Below, in pieces: positions 19,351-21,514 of a stretch of DNA of 21,514 bases. The position numbers and the translations under genes are program-made. Numbering within the stretch: the first letter of the stretch is position 1; the number at the start of each line of letters is the position of its first letter. The DNA comes from Amoebophrya sp. A120 (Eukaryota; Protista; Dinoflagellata): the NCBI GenBank assembly GCA_905178155.1, contig CAJINV010000031.1:133505-155018 (forward strand). The letters run 5' to 3'. The notes below the pieces were generated by a model. That model searched no databases. It saw only the letters and a program-made list of their open reading frames with translations, and had not been told where the DNA came from.

Positions 19351-20445
19351 GTCAAGAAATGATGTACATCACGACCCCCGTCAACATTTTACGCAGCTCA
19401 AACAATACATTAGCGCGGTTCATGAGTTCTCACGGAAATTTTCGTCCGGTCCAGGCGTACCAGTATCAGAGCAGTCACGGTGCGGGCGCTGATCTGAAGA
19501 AAATAAGTAGCAACGTGTACAAGTCTCCGTTAAGGAGAGAGACCGGAGTAGTCTATTCTATTCGCAATCTCGATTTTCCTTCCTTACTTGTACTGCTGGA
19601 ACAAAAGATTGCGCAAGCAGGAGTCCCAGAGACAGGTCACCGGCTGAATTTTTTCGTAGATTGAGACGGCAGCCCAGCGACTCTTTGAAAGTGTAAATGA
19701 TCCCATGAACGAAATGAAGATCGCCAAGGAGCACGATTGGTGGTTTAGGTGATGCATTTCTTCTGCGCGCAGGCTCTGTTCCGCTGTCGGCATTTCGAAT
19801 AGTTGAAATTCGTGACTTTTGGTCGCACAGCATTTCAGATTGTTTGGCATGATGGCGACCCATCTCTCTGAGCGAAAAGTGCAGGGGGTGAGCGGAAAAC
19901 GAACGGACCAAACTTACGAGGCACTGCTGCAGCAACTGGAAGAAAAACATGAGTAGAACAACTATTGCCCGGTTCGTTGTCTCGTGAATGCAGCAGCCCT
20001 CTTTTCTGTCAGGCCAACTGCTATCATATGACCGGCGTAGACATGAGCAGGAGAAAGAGTGAACATTGGGAAAAGATCAGCTGCGCATAGCAAAATGCGT
20101 CCTTGTTCCTCAGCCTAGAAGGTGTCACATACTTCACCGGGAGATACTGCGTGTCGTCATGCTAGGCGGGACTGTAGGGCGCAAAAAAAAATGCTGATGA
20201 GACAAGATGTCGTTGCCCGAGCACTTGCACTTAGCTTCTTTCCGTCAGAGCCACGAAGGGACGACGAGACGGGGTCCGAGGGATGGAACATCGCGCAGAG
20301 CGAGTCCGTCTTCTGGCAGAAATTCGCCTTCTTCTTGCGGTTGCCGCTATTGCGTCTGCCGCGAGTTTCTCGCCGCAGAAGGACGGCATTGGGATGCCTC
20401 AATCTGAATGAAAGGGGACAACACCGACCACAAAACGCGTCATAG
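19351..20445 (+). CDS. Further coding exons (~19351-19454, 19660-19748, 19839-~19953, ~20249-20445): kinase C-terminal continuation or a separate hypothetical gene
   Basis: YAG acceptors precede coding-like blocks QEMMYITTPVNIL, IETAAQRLFESVNDPMNEMKIAKEHDWWF, LFGMMATHLSERKVQG...LLQQLEEKHE and EPRRDDETGSEGWNIAQSESVFWQKF. Intron 19749-19838 is GT-AG and in phase. The 19351 acceptor phase matches the GTGAGT donor at 18660. Confidence 0.5.
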
Positions 20446-20844
20446 CGCTCCGACACTGACCTCAGTGTTGCTGTCTATCGGCTGCCAAGACTGAAGCGCG
20501 ATCGGAAAAAATCGGCACGGGCTATCGATCAGTGGTTTATATCGCCTATTACTTGTATCAAAGCAGGGTATTGGTATTGGAAATGGATGTGGTATCCGCA
20601 AAAAAAGCTGTCTCCCCCTTCTCATACCCCTTCCAGACCAAGCAATTCAAAGTCGCTCAGCATGAAAAGCAAAACCGGTGACAGGTCCGACACAAGACAA
20701 AGACATATGAAAGATGGGCCTCATGCATATCGAGCATGACATACAACAAAAACTTCCCCAAGGAGTCTGCGCATTGCAAGTTCAGACTGAGATACTATAT
20801 ATGTTCTTGCGATAAGCGCAAGCCTAGCCGACGCCGCCTACAGA

Positions 20845-21514
20845 AAGCCACCCGACCTCGTCTTCCGAATCGATCGGAGGCGGCAGACGTTTTCCGAAGG
20901 GGTTCCCCACTTCCTCCAAACTCGGCGGACCAGGCTGGCAAAAGTGGGAACGTTTCGGGGACCTAGACAGGCTCGAAAGCCGCCGCGAAAACCTAAGAAG
21001 ACCCGGGGGCGGCAAGGTGGCCCCTTTTCACAGGCCAAACAGGCTCGGGACCGATCGGAGGCGGCGGCCGTTTTCTGGGTGGGCTCCCCACTTCCTTCCA
21101 ACTCGGCGGACCAGGTTGGCAAAATTGGAAAAGTCCCGGAGACCTAGACAGGCCCTGAAGCCACCACGAAAACCTGAAAAGCCCCGGGGATGGCAAGGCG
21201 GCCCCGTTTTGTAGGCAAAACAGGCTCGGGGCCGACCGGAGGCGGATGGCGGCCGTTTTCTGGTTGGGCCCCCCACTTCCTCCCAACTCGGCGGACCAGG
21301 TTGGCAAAATTGGAAAAGTCCCGGGGACCTGAACAGGCTCGAAAGCCACCGAGAAAACCTAAAAAGCCCCGGGGATGGCAAGACGGCCCCTGTTTACAGG
21401 TGAGACAGGCTCTGAACCGATCGGAGCTGGCGGCCGTTTTCTGGGTGGGCTGGCTCCCCACTTCCTCCCAACTCGGCGGACCAGGTTGGCAAAAGTGGAA
21501 AAGTTCCGGGGACC
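20845..21514. repeat. GC-rich satellite-like tandem repeat, 181-185 bp monomer, ~3.6 copies, runs off the window
   Basis: Invariant AACTCGGCGGACCAGG at 20919, 21100, 21285 and 21470. CGA(T/C)CGGAG at 20871, 21052, 21233 and 21418. Confidence 0.95.

Noticed and set aside
20736-21461. Many overlapping ORFs at the window end
   Set aside because: Products of the GC-rich satellite; monomer lengths are not multiples of 3, so frames shift between copies.

Overview
Intron-rich eukaryotic nuclear DNA in the standard genetic code. The alveolate/dinoflagellate-like character (possibly a syndinian such as Amoebophrya) is inferred from intron style and AMKK-type repeats, not proven. The window has an orphan single-exon gene (657-1409), a basic low-complexity nuclear protein (3583-5277), a spliced gene ending in a highly diverged, probably inactive aldo-keto reductase domain (5574-8552), and a protein kinase of at least 11 exons (11575 to at least 18676) with a ~120-aa insert between HRD and DFG. 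A GC hairpin with direct repeats opens the window and a 181-185 bp satellite closes it. Most striking is a set of ~280-360 bp terminal-inverted-repeat elements sitting inside coding sequence. Removing each element plus a short flank restores the reading frame, yet four of five have non-GT-AG ends (CT-AG, GT-CC, AT-AG, AT-CT). Elements with unrelated TIRs share an internal sequence/structure core, suggesting a structure-guided non-canonical intron (introner) system. All splice models were derived by hand and need RNA-seq confirmation.
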